Shown: piece after piece, positions 1-10,509 of the stretch
Numbering within the stretch: the stretch's first letter is position 1
Layout: each line of letters begins with the position of its first letter
Source of the DNA: Octopus bimaculoides
Taxonomy: Eukaryota
DNA length: 32,482 nucleotides
Reading direction: 5' to 3'
Assembly (NCBI RefSeq): GCF_001194135.2
Contig: NC_068983.1
Coordinates: 23,526,865-23,559,346, forward strand
The notes under the pieces: generated by a model
The model's database searches: none
What the model was told of the DNA's origin: nothing
The model's input: the letters and a program-made list of their open reading frames with translations, nothing else
Made by a program: the position numbers and the translations under genes

Positions 1-43
1 GTGGTGGTGTTGGTGGTGGTAGTGTTGGTGGTGGTGTTGGTAG

Positions 44-382
44 TATGGATACTGGTGGTGTGGCTACTAGTGTTGCTGTTACTGACAGGGGATAAATATT
101 TCATCCACAGTTTATATTTGAGTGGAAAGTAATAACTTAAGAATTGCTCGATAGACATATTTTTATTTTTTTTAAAAAGTAAGCATTACATCTTCTTACA
201 AATCTAGTTTACTTATCTTCACTTCAGAAAAGCCATCAAATAGACATAAGCTCTTGGAAAACATGAGTCTGTTGTTGAATAGAGTTTTGATGTTTTGATT
301 TATGGTTGTAGTCATTTCAGTTCATTTCTATCATTTCTTTGTGAAGGTGAGATGATGTGTTGATTAGATGCTAAACCATGAA
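44..382. repeat. Left arm of long inverted repeat (partner 2699-3058)
   Basis: Base-by-base comparison: 89-357 is the reverse complement of 2727-2995 with only 2 substitutions; looser homology extends to about 44 and 382. Confidence 0.95.
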
Positions 383-684
383 CACGTACATTGTGAGTTT
401 AACTTCATTGTAAATATTTCATTACCTTTCTTGGCAGAAGACTTTATTTTCTATAGCCTTACTTTACTTGGCTGAGGTATCAGATCCTCTGGGAATGTTA
501 CTTCTTCATAAACTAGTGTCATATCCAGGGAAGAGTTTTCTCTCTTGTTCACTTCACACCAAAATTATGAACCAGCTTTGGAAAGTCCTTTGGGTTTTCA
601 CATATTTACATTAGTTTTTTTGTTCAGAAAATTGAGACGAATGTAATTGCTACACAAGCACAATGCAGAAATAGGATTAACTTC

Positions 685-1638
685 TGAGGTGGCATCAAAA
701 AGTTGCACCAACAGATGGCAGCTCACAGTTGCACCAACAGATGGCAGCATACAATTGCATGTGAAGTGTGAGCTAACAGTGATCGTCATGAGGCCGTGTG
801 CTGAGAGACATCACTGTGTTTATGTTGCAAGTTGTGAAATTTGTGTTTTTGTGATCATGTGTATGCTGTAGTCTTCGATTTTGTCATGGAGAGGAACAAA
901 GAGCCAATGTGAAATTTTGCATTAAACTTGGAAAGTCTGCTACAGAGACATTGAGCATGCTTTGGCAAGCTTACAGCAATGAGGCAATGGGTTGTACACA
1001 ATGATTTGAGTGGCACAGGCGCTTCAAAAGTGGAAGAATGCTGAGCTATCCGGAAGATCACACTTCTACTTTTGAAGACAATGAGTGTCTCTAGAAAATG
1101 ATGAGTGATCTGGAAGATGTGCCACAAGTATCACTGCTGGAAAGGTGGTATTGAGCATCAAGAATTTGTCCCCTAAGGCCAGGTCATCAATCAAGAGTTC
1201 TACAACAATGTTTTGAAGCATTTGAGGGAGGACATTCGATGAAAGTGACTGGATCTGTGGAACATGAAGAATTGCATTCTTCACAATGACAATGCCCTCT
1301 GTCACTGAGTTCTTCTCACTCATGAGTTTCTCATCCAAAACATGGTATTGCTTCTGCACCTGCCCTTTTTGCTAGATTTAGCACTTGCTATCTTCCATCT
1401 TTTCCCCAAGAGGAAAATGCAGCTCAAAGGTTGCCATTTAAATACTATTGTTGAGATCCAGAGTGATTCACAGAAAGTCCTTAACTTGTTTACAGAAAAC
1501 AACTTCCAGGTCAGATTCTAAAAGTGGCAGGAATGCTGAAATAGGTGTATTACCGTGCAAGGTAATGTTAAAACTTAGGTAAATAAGTTATTTTTTTATT
1601 AAATATAACTAATCCAGGAACTTTTTAATACCACCTCA
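685..1638 (+). mobile_element. Mariner-type (Tc1/mariner) DNA transposon, internally deleted, pseudogenised transposase
   Basis: TIRs TGAGGTGGCATCAAAAAGTT (685-704) and the reverse complement at 1619-1638 match 18/20, with TA following at 1639-1640. N-terminal HTH reads EQRANVKFCIKLGKSATETLSMLWQAYSNEAMGCTQ*FEWHRRFKSGR from 894. Catalytic region from 1147 reads GIEHQEFVP*GQVINQEFYNNVLKHLREDIR...ILHNDNALCH...LDLALAIFHLFPK...KWQEC*NRCITVQG, with several stops. Confidence 0.92.
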
Positions 1639-1835
1639 TATCTTCTCACAGCCATCTATGAATTATACTTAATGTATACACACTATTGTCAGGCTGGTTA
1701 CTGCAGTATTTGTCAGAAGATAGCATCTTTTATGGACTTGCTGTGTAAAAAATGCAAGAAATATGAGAGAGGGAGAGGTTGAAAGGGAGAGTGAGAGAGC
1801 GAAAAATGAAAATTCATCCCAGTAGTGGCCAGCAA

Positions 1836-2172
1836 AGGAAGGCACATGGCTCAGTGGTTAGAGTGTTGAGCTTACGATCATGAGGTTGTGAGTGCGAATC
1901 CTGGACTGGGTTATGCGTTGTGTTCTTGAGCAAGACACTTTATTTTATGTTTGCTCAAGTTCACTCAGCTGCTGAAATGAGTTGCGATGTCACAGGTGCC
2001 AAGCTGTATCAGCCCCTTTATCTTCCCTTGGATAACACTAGCGGTGTGGAGAGGGGAGGCTAGTATGCATGGACAACTGCTGGTCTTTCATAAACAACCT
2101 TACCCGGACTTGTGCCTGGGAGGGTAGCTTTCTAGGTGCAATCCCATGGTCAGTTATGACCGAAGTGGGTCT
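1836..2172 (+). mobile_element. tRNA-derived SINE (family C) with 16-bp TSD
   Basis: A-box-like TGGCTCAGTGG (1847-1857) and B-box-like GTGCGAATCC. Flanked by CAGTAGTGGCCAGCAA (1820-1835) and CAGCAGTGGCCAGCAA (2173-2188), one mismatch. Confidence 0.85.
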
Positions 2173-2326
2173 CAGCAGTGGCCAGCAAGAGCATTAGGTT
2201 TGTTTCAGCCTTTTGGGGCCTTTTCAGTGACATGTACTCGCAGGCAGTCACATGCTCGAACAAGAATTCATCAACTGACTAGTTCTATTGAGCATTCACT
2301 GAAATTTCTCACTAACTCAATACACC

Positions 2327-2460
<134 letters not shown>

Positions 2461-2698
2461 TACGTGCCAACCCCAACACCACCATACACATACACATACA
2501 CATACAAACATCACATCAACAATCTTCTCTCTGTTTCCATAAGAAATCACCTACAATATAAAACATGCTGTGCATTCGACACTGACCAATCTACTTTTAC
2601 CACATAAAATCAATTACCATAAGTCCAGCATTACATCTGGTTCGGTCCTCATTAACTTGTGAAATGGATGTCTTTTGCAAAGCTTTTCCAACACATGC

Positions 2699-3058
2699 AT
2701 TCATGGTTTAGCACCTTATCAACTCTCATCATCTCACCTTCACAAAGAAATGATAGAAATGAACTGAAATGACTACAACCATAAATCAAAACATAAAAAC
2801 TCTATTCAACAACAGACTCATGTTTTCCAAGAGCTTATGTCTATTTGATGGCTTTTCTGAAGTGAAGATAAGTAAACTAGATTTGTAAGAAGATGTAATG
2901 CTTACTTTTAAAAAAAAATAAAAATATGTCTATCGAGCAATTCTTAAGTTATTACTTTCCACTCAAATATAAACTGTGGATGAAATATTTATCCCTTACC
3001 AGCAGCAACAACAACACCAACACCAGTAACACTAGTACCTGCTCCACCAGTATCCATA
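2699..3058. repeat. Right arm of long inverted repeat (partner 44-382), runs into N-gap
   Basis: Reverse complement of 44-382; the core 2727-2995 differs from 89-357 at 2 positions. Confidence 0.95.
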
Positions 3059-3393
3059 NNNNNNNNNNNNNNNNNNNNNNNNNNNNNNNNNNNNNNNNNN
3101 NNNNNNNNNNNNNNNNNNNNNNNNNNNNNNNNNNNNNNNNNNNNNNNNNNNNNNNNNNNNNNNNNNNNNNNNNNNNNNNNNNNNNNNNNNNNNNNNNNNN
3201 NNNNNNNNNNNNNNNNNNNNNNNNNNNNNNNNNNNNNNNNNNNNNNNNNNNNNNNNNNNNNNNNNNNNNNNNNNNNNNNNNNNNNNNNNNNNNNNNNNNN
3301 NNNNNNNNNNNNNNNNNNNNNNNNNNNNNNNNNNNNNNNNNNNNNNNNNNNNNNNNNNNNNNNNNNNNNNNNNNNNNNNNNNNNNNNNNNNNN
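3059..3393. other. Assembly gap (N)
   Basis: Run of N. Confidence 1.
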
Positions 3394-3627
3394 AATCTTG
3401 AGTATAACCTGCCGAAATTGCAAAGATAATCTGGAACTTGGCTGACGATAGGAAACTCCGAATGATCTGTCCTTGTTTTCCTTGTATCGTCTGTCTGGAT
3501 ATTTTGTTGTCCCTTTTTTGTTTTACATAACTGTCAGGATGTTTTGCGTTCTTGTCCCATTTTTGTATTTATATATATATAAAATATAGCGGCGTACATA
3601 CACTTTGGTCTCTTATATATATATAGA

Positions 3628-3636
3628 TGTGTGCGT

Positions 3637-3684
<48 letters not shown>
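3628..3684. repeat. (GT)n microsatellite
   Basis: Directly visible. Confidence 0.98.
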
Positions 3685-3686
<2 letters not shown>

Positions 3687-3699
3687 AATAAAATGAGAC

Positions 3700-4045
3700 A
3701 GCATAGGTAAGGCTGTGTCGAATTTTTAGGACATCTATAAAGAGAAAGTTAGTCTTACAGCTGTTTCTGAGATATTAAGGTTATCCCTTCATCAGAGATG
3801 ATATGAGAGAGGTAAATAGAGGGAAATAGTAGGGTTCAATATAAGGAGTTATTTTGGAAAAGGATGGATATAAGAAGTATAATGGGAAATAAGAGAATAA
3901 AAGTAAAAATAAAAATACATGTAGGATGTTACAGTTGCAGTTCCATCATCCAGGAAAGTGCTGTGTAGAATGGGTAGAAATGCTTCTTGTCCATGATATG
4001 TAAATTCTGATAGGAGTTCATATTTTGTTATTACAATTGGATAAA
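3700..4045 (-). mobile_element. Possible Penelope-like element 3' remnant
   Basis: Inference from the hammerhead-like motif plus an upstream minus-strand peptide TKYELLSEFTYHGQEAFL, weakly resembling the NKRSELxSKCRH-type C-terminus of PLE GIY-YIG ORFs. Confidence 0.35.
3753..3798 (-). ncRNA. Candidate minimal type I hammerhead ribozyme motif (Penelope-like element type), possibly degenerate
   Basis: Minus strand reads TCT-CTGATGA-A-GGGATA-ACCTTAA-TATCTC-A-GAAA-C-AGCT-G-TA-AGA. It has core boxes CUGAUGA and GAAA, a 6-bp stem II with one G.U pair, a 1-bp stem III closed by palindromic AGCT, a GUA cleavage triplet and a 3-bp stem I. There is an A.A opposition at the base of stem II. Confidence 0.55.
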
Positions 4046-4104
4046 GTAGATATATATATATATATATATATACATATATACAGAGACGCACATATACGTA
4101 TATA

Positions 4105-4410
4105 TCATCATCATCATCATCATCGTTTAATGTCCGCTTTCCATGCTAGCATGGGTTGGACGATTTGACTGAGGACTGGTGAAACCGGATGGCAACACCA
4201 GGCTCCAATCTAATTTGGCAGTGTTTCTGCAGCTGGATGCCCTTCCTAACGCCAACCACACAGAGAGTGTAGTGGGTGCTTTTACGTGTCACCTGCACGA
4301 AGGCCAGTCAGGTGGTACTGGCAACGGCCACGCTCGGAATGGTGTATTTTATGTGCCACCCACACAAGAGCCAGTCCAGGGGCACTGGCAACGATCTCGC
4401 TCGAAAATCC
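4105..4410 (-). mobile_element. RTE-type LINE/SINE 3' end with (GAT)n tail, 5'-truncated
   Basis: Minus strand ends ...CCCATGCTAGCATGGAAAGCGGACATTAAACGATGATGATG. Close homologue at 24403-24870. Contains two about 65-bp internal repeat units (starting 4276 and 4342). Confidence 0.8.
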
Positions 4411-4424
4411 TATATATCTATCTA

Positions 4425-4457
<33 letters not shown>

Positions 4458-4470
4458 GCATGTATAAATT

Positions 4471-4508
<38 letters not shown>

Positions 4509-4884
4509 CATACATATGTTCATACACACAAACGCACAGACATCTGTAACCTTATTTTTTGTACTGCTTAGTTAGGAGGGAAAGGCAGCACCCTTGAGCC
4601 TTTATAAAGCTGCTGAGACTAGTGTGTGTGTGTGTGTGTGTATGTGAAAAAGAGAGAGATCCTCAAACCAGAAACCTAACTCAAATGCTTACAACAAACT
4701 CCACTAAAGGTATCCAATAACCAGGTGATGATGTTAAAACTGGGTTACAGATTAAGTTAACCATCCCAAACAAGCTATGTCAGGATTTGAACTTAGAATG
4801 CAAAGAATTGGAACAAATACCAAAAGGCACTCTAATAGACTCTGCAACTCTATTGAATTTCACTGGTACTTTACCAACTTTACA

Positions 4885-4992
4885 AAGACATAAAAGCAAA
4901 GTTGACCTTGGTAAGATTTGAACTTGGAATTAAGGCAGCTGGAATATACGTACTATAAAGCATTTTGTCTGATGCTCTAATGACTCAACCAA
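4885..4992 (-). mobile_element. Degenerate fragment of SINE family B
   Basis: AAAGCAAAGTTGACCTTGGTAAGATTTGAACT...AAGCATTTTGTCTGATGCTCTAATGACT aligns by eye to the 18703-18935 and 29159-29390 copies. Confidence 0.65.
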
Positions 4993-5212
4993 TTTGACAC
5001 CCATAATCAATTTACTGCCCACAATCAATTGGCTGCCTATATCTAGTTTGCTGTTTCTAACAAATTTGATGCCTCTGACACTTTTGTCATCTATGACCAA
5101 TTTACTGCCTATAACCAATTTGGCACCAGTAATCAATTCTCTGCCTATAACTAATTTGCTGTTTATAATCAATTTACTACTTAAAAATCAATTCCCTACC
5201 TGTATCCAATTC
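4988..5212. repeat. Degenerate 18-bp minisatellite (consensus about AYCAATTTRCTGCCTATA), 11-12 units
   Basis: Units start at 4988, 5006, 5024 ... 5168 with no indels, then one +1 indel near 5186. Confidence 0.9.
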
Positions 5213-5606
5213 ACTGGCATCATGCCTATTTTCCACCTATTTTTGTGCTTCAAGAGTAAGCAATGGTAAATTTGCTCTTCTCAAAGCATGTCCAATTAGA
5301 TTTAATCTTTTTTTAATGTAAAATGCTATTTGTTGCAAAAGTATGATGTTCTTGCAATTAATCATTCATTAATTATTTTATTTTCTTCTGGAAAATTAAC
5401 TTCAAGTACAAATCAAAAAAAGAGTAATTTTCAGCATTTATCTCCTGCTAATGCTTCCCTTTTTCTGATATGCAATTAATTGTGATTTTTTCCCCCCCTC
5501 TTCTGCAGCTTGAGAATCAGAAATGGAGGTTTAAATCTTAATACAATGTAAATTTCCTTAATGACTACACTAAAGTTTTCTGACAAAATGCTGAAGCTGC
5601 TATAAT

Positions 5607-5799
5607 CTTTTACCTTTTACTTGTTTCAGTCATTAGATTGTGGCCATGCTGGGGCACCGCCTTGAAGAATTTTTAGTCAAATGAATCAACCCCCAGTACT
5701 TTTTTTTAAAGCCTGGTACTCATTCTATTGGTCTCTTTTGCTGAACTACTAAGTTATGGGGATGTGAACACATCAACACCAGTTATTAAGAAGTGGTGG

Positions 5800-5850
<51 letters not shown>

Positions 5851-6017
5851 ATGATGGACTTCTTTCAGTTTCCATCTACCAGATCCACTCACAAAGCTTT
5901 GGTCAGCTCAAGGCTTTAGTAGAAGACACTTGCCCAAGGTGTCATGCAGTGGGACTGAACTTGGAACCGTGTGATTGGGAAGCAAGCTTCTTACCACACA
6001 TGGCCATGTCTGTGCCT
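5607..6017 (-). mobile_element. tRNA-derived SINE family A (CORE-SINE-like), full length with internal (CA)n
   Basis: Minus strand has a tRNA-like head, B-box-like GTTCAGTCCC, CORE-like ACACCTTGGGCAAGTGTCTTCTACT and 3' tail GAAACAAGTAAAAG. Homologous to the 14670, 22199, 25530 and 28766 copies. Confidence 0.9.
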
Positions 6018-6554
6018 ATAATAATAATAAAAGAGAAAATAGCTTAGGAGACAGCACATCTGAGGATGAAAAGTTGGTGTATGTTTGTGAGTGATTTCAT
6101 GACATTCAGTCGGATGGCTTGTTGATTGTAGATAACTTTATAAGAAAAGTCTGCTATATATATTCTTGATCTCCAGGTGAGCTGGGACAATGAGCATTAT
6201 AGAGTATTGAGAAATATATGTATTAAGCTTTTAGCTTTTTAACAAATCATGCACTCTTTATGTATAGAACATACACGTAAGTTGTGTGTGCATTGAAGAT
6301 ACAATGCTGCTAATACACAGCTAATACTATACAGCTGCTACACACCTCTTACTTATAATACAATTATAATACAGATAGCCTACCCTCTCTACTCATAATA
6401 TAGGTTGCTCACACTCTGTAATAGGTACCTCACACTCTTCAATTTTATTGTACATATGTTATATTCTACTTTTAATGTAGGTACCCTATAATAACTACTT
6501 CCAATATAAGCACTCCACATTCTCTAATATAGATAATTATCACCCACTGTTTCT

Positions 6555-6690
6555 AAGGCAGCGAGCTGGCAGAAACATTAGTGCACTGGGCAAAATACTT
6601 AGTGGTATTTCATGTGTCTTTAAAACGGCGGTGCATCAGCATGGCCACAGCTCTCAGCTGAAACTACAGAAAAAAACTGAAAAAAGCCAA
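6555..6690 (+). mobile_element. Internally deleted SINE: family-B head joined to a family-A-like 3' tail
   Basis: AAGGCAGCGAGCTGGCAGAAACATTAG...CTTAGTGGTATTTC is followed directly by GGCGGTGCATCAGCATGGCCACAGC...TGAAAC. Confidence 0.65.
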
Positions 6691-6823
6691 AAGGTTTGCC
6701 ACCCTCTCCAGTAAGTACCCTACAACCTCTACTTCTAACAAGGGTACTCATATTCAGTAATATAGATACCCTATGCTCCTTAATATATATAATCCCTATT
6801 TCTATTATTGGTACTCCATACCC

Positions 6824-7002
6824 AAAATGCTTAATGACATTTCTTTCCCCTCTTTATGTTCTGAGTTCAAATGTTACTGAGGTCAGCTTTGTCTTTATCC
6901 TTTAGCGTTGATAAAATATGTACCAGTCAAACACTGGGGTCTAAATAATCAACTTGCACCCCTTCCAACTGTCAGCCTTGTGCCAAAGTTAGAAAGAATA
7001 AT
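6824..7002 (+). mobile_element. 5'-truncated SINE family B
   Basis: AAAATGCTTAATGACATTTC...GTTCTGAGTTCAAAT...GAGGTCAGCTTTGTCTTTATCCTTT...GATAAAATATGTACCAGT...ACTGGGGTC matches the reverse complement of 18703-18935 and 14437-14645. Confidence 0.75.
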
Positions 7003-7375
7003 AAGCACCCTATACTCCCTAATTCTATATATACTCTCTAGTATAGGTACCCCACATTCTGTACTTCTAATATAGGCATTCCATACTCTGTAAAATAGGT
7101 ACCCCAAACTCTCTACATCTAATATAAGCACCTCAGACTCTCTAAATATAACTTTCTCTCATCTGTACTCTGTACTATAAAGGTATACATACGTATATAT
7201 ACCTATATATAAAGTTGTTTGTTTTCTGTGGTAAGAGCTCCATGTAGAGGTCCTTAAGTAGAATTGAGATAGTCTTTGTAGATGTGCCCAAGAACTGTTT
7301 ATCCATGTGTGTGATCTATAGGTAGCTTTCAACCAAGCATAGGGAATATTCCCTATACCTATATACATATATATG

Positions 7376-7847
7376 TTTTTTTTTCTTGCCTTTAGCCCTC
7401 CAACGTGGAGTATAGGCCACTTATCATTGAATTCCATGTCGCATAATTTTTCGCTTCTGTCCCCCTTTCTCTAGTTCCTTTTGTGTTGATCTATGCCACG
7501 AGTTCTTAGGCCTACCTTTCTTTCTATATCCATCTGGATTCCACTGTAAAGCACTTTTCGCTACATTTGGTGTGTCTTTTCTAATTGTGCTACCAATGCA
7601 CTTCCACTTTTTCTTCAATATTTGCTCCATAATCGAAACTTGATTCACTCTTTGCCATAGCTCCGTATTGCTTATGTGTTCAGGCCGTCTAATTTTAACT
7701 ATACTATGCAAACACCTGTTGATGAATGATTGTATTTGCTTATTTGACTTAACAGTTGTTCGCCATGTCTTGGCCCCATACAATAACACCACTTTTACGT
7801 TAGTGTTAAAAATACTTATTTTGTTCTTTATAAGTATACTTTCTATA
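7376..7847 (-). mobile_element. RTE-clade non-LTR retrotransposon, C-terminal end of RT ORF and 3' end
   Basis: Minus-strand ORF 7424-7942 contains KISIFNTNVKVVLLYGAKTWRTT...IQSFINRCLHSIVKIRRPEHISNTELWQR...KKKWKCIGSTIRK...SALQWNPDGYRKKGRPKNSW, typical of RTE post-RT sequence. After a frameshift it reads ISGLYSTLEG* then an A-rich tail. The ORF N-terminus (7848-7942) is flanking minisatellite. Confidence 0.9.
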
Positions 7848-8328
7848 TAGTATAGGTACCCCTTACCTTCTACTTCTAAAATGGGTACCTCATACTCTTT
7901 AATGTAACCTACACTATCTACTTGTAAAACAGGTACCCACACTCTTTACTTCTAATACAAGTACCACACATTTTCTACATCTAATATGGGTTTAGCATAC
8001 TAATATAGACACCCTGGACTCTCTACCAGTGGAATATTTGTGCATCATGCTACATGGTTCACCCTAGAGTGGCTGAGCTGTCAGGTGAAAGGTGGGGAGG
8101 GGATATGTAACTGAATGATTGACAGTTCATACCCTGTCATTTGTCAGCTTTGCTTTGACTCTGTGGTCAAGTTAACTCTCAAGCAGCCAGCTTATCAACA
8201 CCTTCCTTCCTCTTCTTGTTATTTGTGATCGTTGTTGGCAGTCATCATCATCATCCTTGTCTTCACCACCAGCACCAGCACCAGCATGCCCCACCACCAC
8301 CACCACCACCACCACCACCACCACCACC

Positions 8329-9123
8329 NNNNNNNNNNNNNNNNNNNNNNNNNNNNNNNNNNNNNNNNNNNNNNNNNNNNNNNNNNNNNNNNNNNNNNNN
8401 NNNNNNNNNNNNNNNNNNNNNNNNNNNNNNNNNNNNNNNNNNNNNNNNNNNNNNNNNNNNNNNNNNNNNNNNNNNNNNNNNNNNNNNNNNNNNNNNNNNN
8501 NNNNNNNNNNNNNNNNNNNNNNNNNNNNNNNNNNNNNNNNNNNNNNNNNNNNNNNNNNNNNNNNNNNNNNNNNNNNNNNNNNNNNNNNNNNNNNNNNNNN
8601 NNNNNNNNNNNNNNNNNNNNNNNNNNNNNNNNNNNNNNNNNNNNNNNNNNNNNNNNNNNNNNNNNNNNNNNNNNNNNNNNNNNNNNNNNNNNNNNNNNNN
8701 NNNNNNNNNNNNNNNNNNNNNNNNNNNNNNNNNNNNNNNNNNNNNNNNNNNNNNNNNNNNNNNNNNNNNNNNNNNNNNNNNNNNNNNNNNNNNNNNNNNN
8801 NNNNNNNNNNNNNNNNNNNNNNNNNNNNNNNNNNNNNNNNNNNNNNNNNNNNNNNNNNNNNNNNNNNNNNNNNNNNNNNNNNNNNNNNNNNNNNNNNNNN
8901 NNNNNNNNNNNNNNNNNNNNNNNNNNNNNNNNNNNNNNNNNNNNNNNNNNNNNNNNNNNNNNNNNNNNNNNNNNNNNNNNNNNNNNNNNNNNNNNNNNNN
9001 NNNNNNNNNNNNNNNNNNNNNNNNNNNNNNNNNNNNNNNNNNNNNNNNNNNNNNNNNNNNNNNNNNNNNNNNNNNNNNNNNNNNNNNNNNNNNNNNNNNN
9101 NNNNNNNNNNNNNNNNNNNNNNN
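8329..9123. other. Assembly gap (N), flanked by (CAC)n and (GA)n
   Basis: Run of N. Confidence 1.
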
Positions 9124-9957
9124 GAGAGAGAGAGAGATTTGTTTCACATCCTTTGGGAAACACAAAAAAAAAATGGAGATGAGCATCAGCCTAGTTCACC
9201 ATGAAGATCCATGAAATTACATCTATGAACTATAAATATATCTCCTTGCTAGCATATTCCTCTCACCTTCGTAAGCTAATCAATAAATTGCTCTGATCTG
9301 CAGTCTGTTCCTTAATGCTGTTGTTCTTTTTTAGTTTCGTGGTACTAAAAAGTTTTATCATTTAATTCACCGCATTATATTTAAGATATTTAGTTTTTTT
9401 TTTTTTTCATTTTCTTCTTTATAACTCTGAAAGATTACGAAATGTTTAAAACCGAATCATAATGCTTAAATTAAAGCGATGGCAATATTTATTAAAATAT
9501 CGTTAATCTCAGTAATGTGGCTTATCAAGTATTGTTGCTAACCACAGTAATTTTAAAGAAAATGTGTTTACTTTTTACGTTAATGGGCATGAGATTAAAA
9601 TTTTGTATATAGAGCATTTTCTCCCATACAATATTTTGACACATAAACATTAGTCTCAATCTTACAAGCCCTGACATGTTGCATAACCAAGAAGGTGAAA
9701 TAACGCTGTAGAGAAATCAACACTATGTGAGATGTCATTTCTCGTGATTAATATCTTCATTAATGAAAACCAGCATAATTCAAATATCTTAAGTATTCAT
9801 TTATTTATTTATTTATTTATTTTATATCACAATTTGTGAACAATACAATTGTTGGTTAAAGGTTTCCAGTGGATGAATCACTGGTTTGCTGATTTTCTTA
9901 TTGCATGAAACACAAGAGAGCATCTAACCCTAATACAAGAGACTTCTCTGTGCTCGG

Positions 9958-10137
9958 AATAATATATCAGTGGATGGAATGCCACAGTACATCTTGGGAA
10001 TTTGGAGGATGGTTAACTCCTCTGATGGTGAACAGGAGGGAGAGGCTGGCTGCATGACCTTGCAAAGATCTCAAAGGGACTGTTGCCCACCTAGGTGGCT
10101 GGCAGGACAATTCCGAAACAGAATAGAAAAGCAGTGA
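9958..10137 (+). pseudogene. Gypsy-type LTR retrotransposon integrase C-terminal end (plus strand)
   Basis: Reads NNISVDGMPQYILGIWRMV...TLQRSQRDCCPPRWL...*, matching the NNVSVDGxPRHILD and RRSxRxRRPPxWL motifs. Followed by purine tract AGGGAGAAGGGA (10148-10159) and TGTGG at 10162 (possible PPT and 3' LTR start). Confidence 0.7.
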
Positions 10138-10509
10138 TCTTTGGTTCAGGGAGAAGGGACATGTGGAGGAATGAAGGGGGTGATGAGGACAAGGGACCAG
10201 AAGTGAGGAGAAATGATGCCATGTTAAGAAGCAGCATGTTCAAATGGCCTCTTTTTTTTTTGTGATGCATCTTATTGGATAGACAAGTTTTGGGGAACTA
10301 TTTTAGGGGGGTAGTCCTTTCTGGCTAGAAACTTGGGTAGAGGGTACATGAGGGTGCAACTGTTAAGTTTGCTGGTTCCTGTGACCCAACATTTGAATTT
10401 ATTGTTGCTGATTGCATATTGAGGTAAGAGAGAGCAACCTTTATTTGTGCCTTACAACCACAAAAGCACCACTTTTAAAGTTTCTGAGTGATGCTTATAT
10501 TCTCTCCCA

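Larger units (their letters stand above)
6355..8025. repeat. Old degenerate minisatellite (about 29-bp and 23-bp units, core TAATATAGGTACCCYACACTCT), interrupted by TE insertions
   Basis: Units visible at about 6355-6553, 6700-6822, 7003-7155 and 7848-8025; 29/23/29/23 alternation at about 7039-7142. Confidence 0.8.

Noticed and set aside
1841-1915. tRNA gene
   Set aside because: A/B boxes are present but there is no complete cloverleaf, and the sequence continues into a SINE body bounded by a TSD.
3440-3475. CTGACGA...GAA motif resembling a second hammerhead (plus strand)
   Set aside because: GAAA box is GAAT, stem III cannot close, and there is no stem I pairing. At most a decayed repeat remnant.
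5486-5545. Strong pyrimidine tract plus CAG acceptor at about 5508; similar isolated splice-like signals near 15727, 26090 and 29689-29800
   Set aside because: Weak or missing partner sites, short unrecognised peptides and no consistent phase chain. Such signals are common in AT-rich DNA.
8216-9214. Long ORFs (300+ aa) here and at 2926-3429, 12262-13018 and 17196-18060
   Set aside because: They consist mostly of X from N-gaps and flanking microsatellites.
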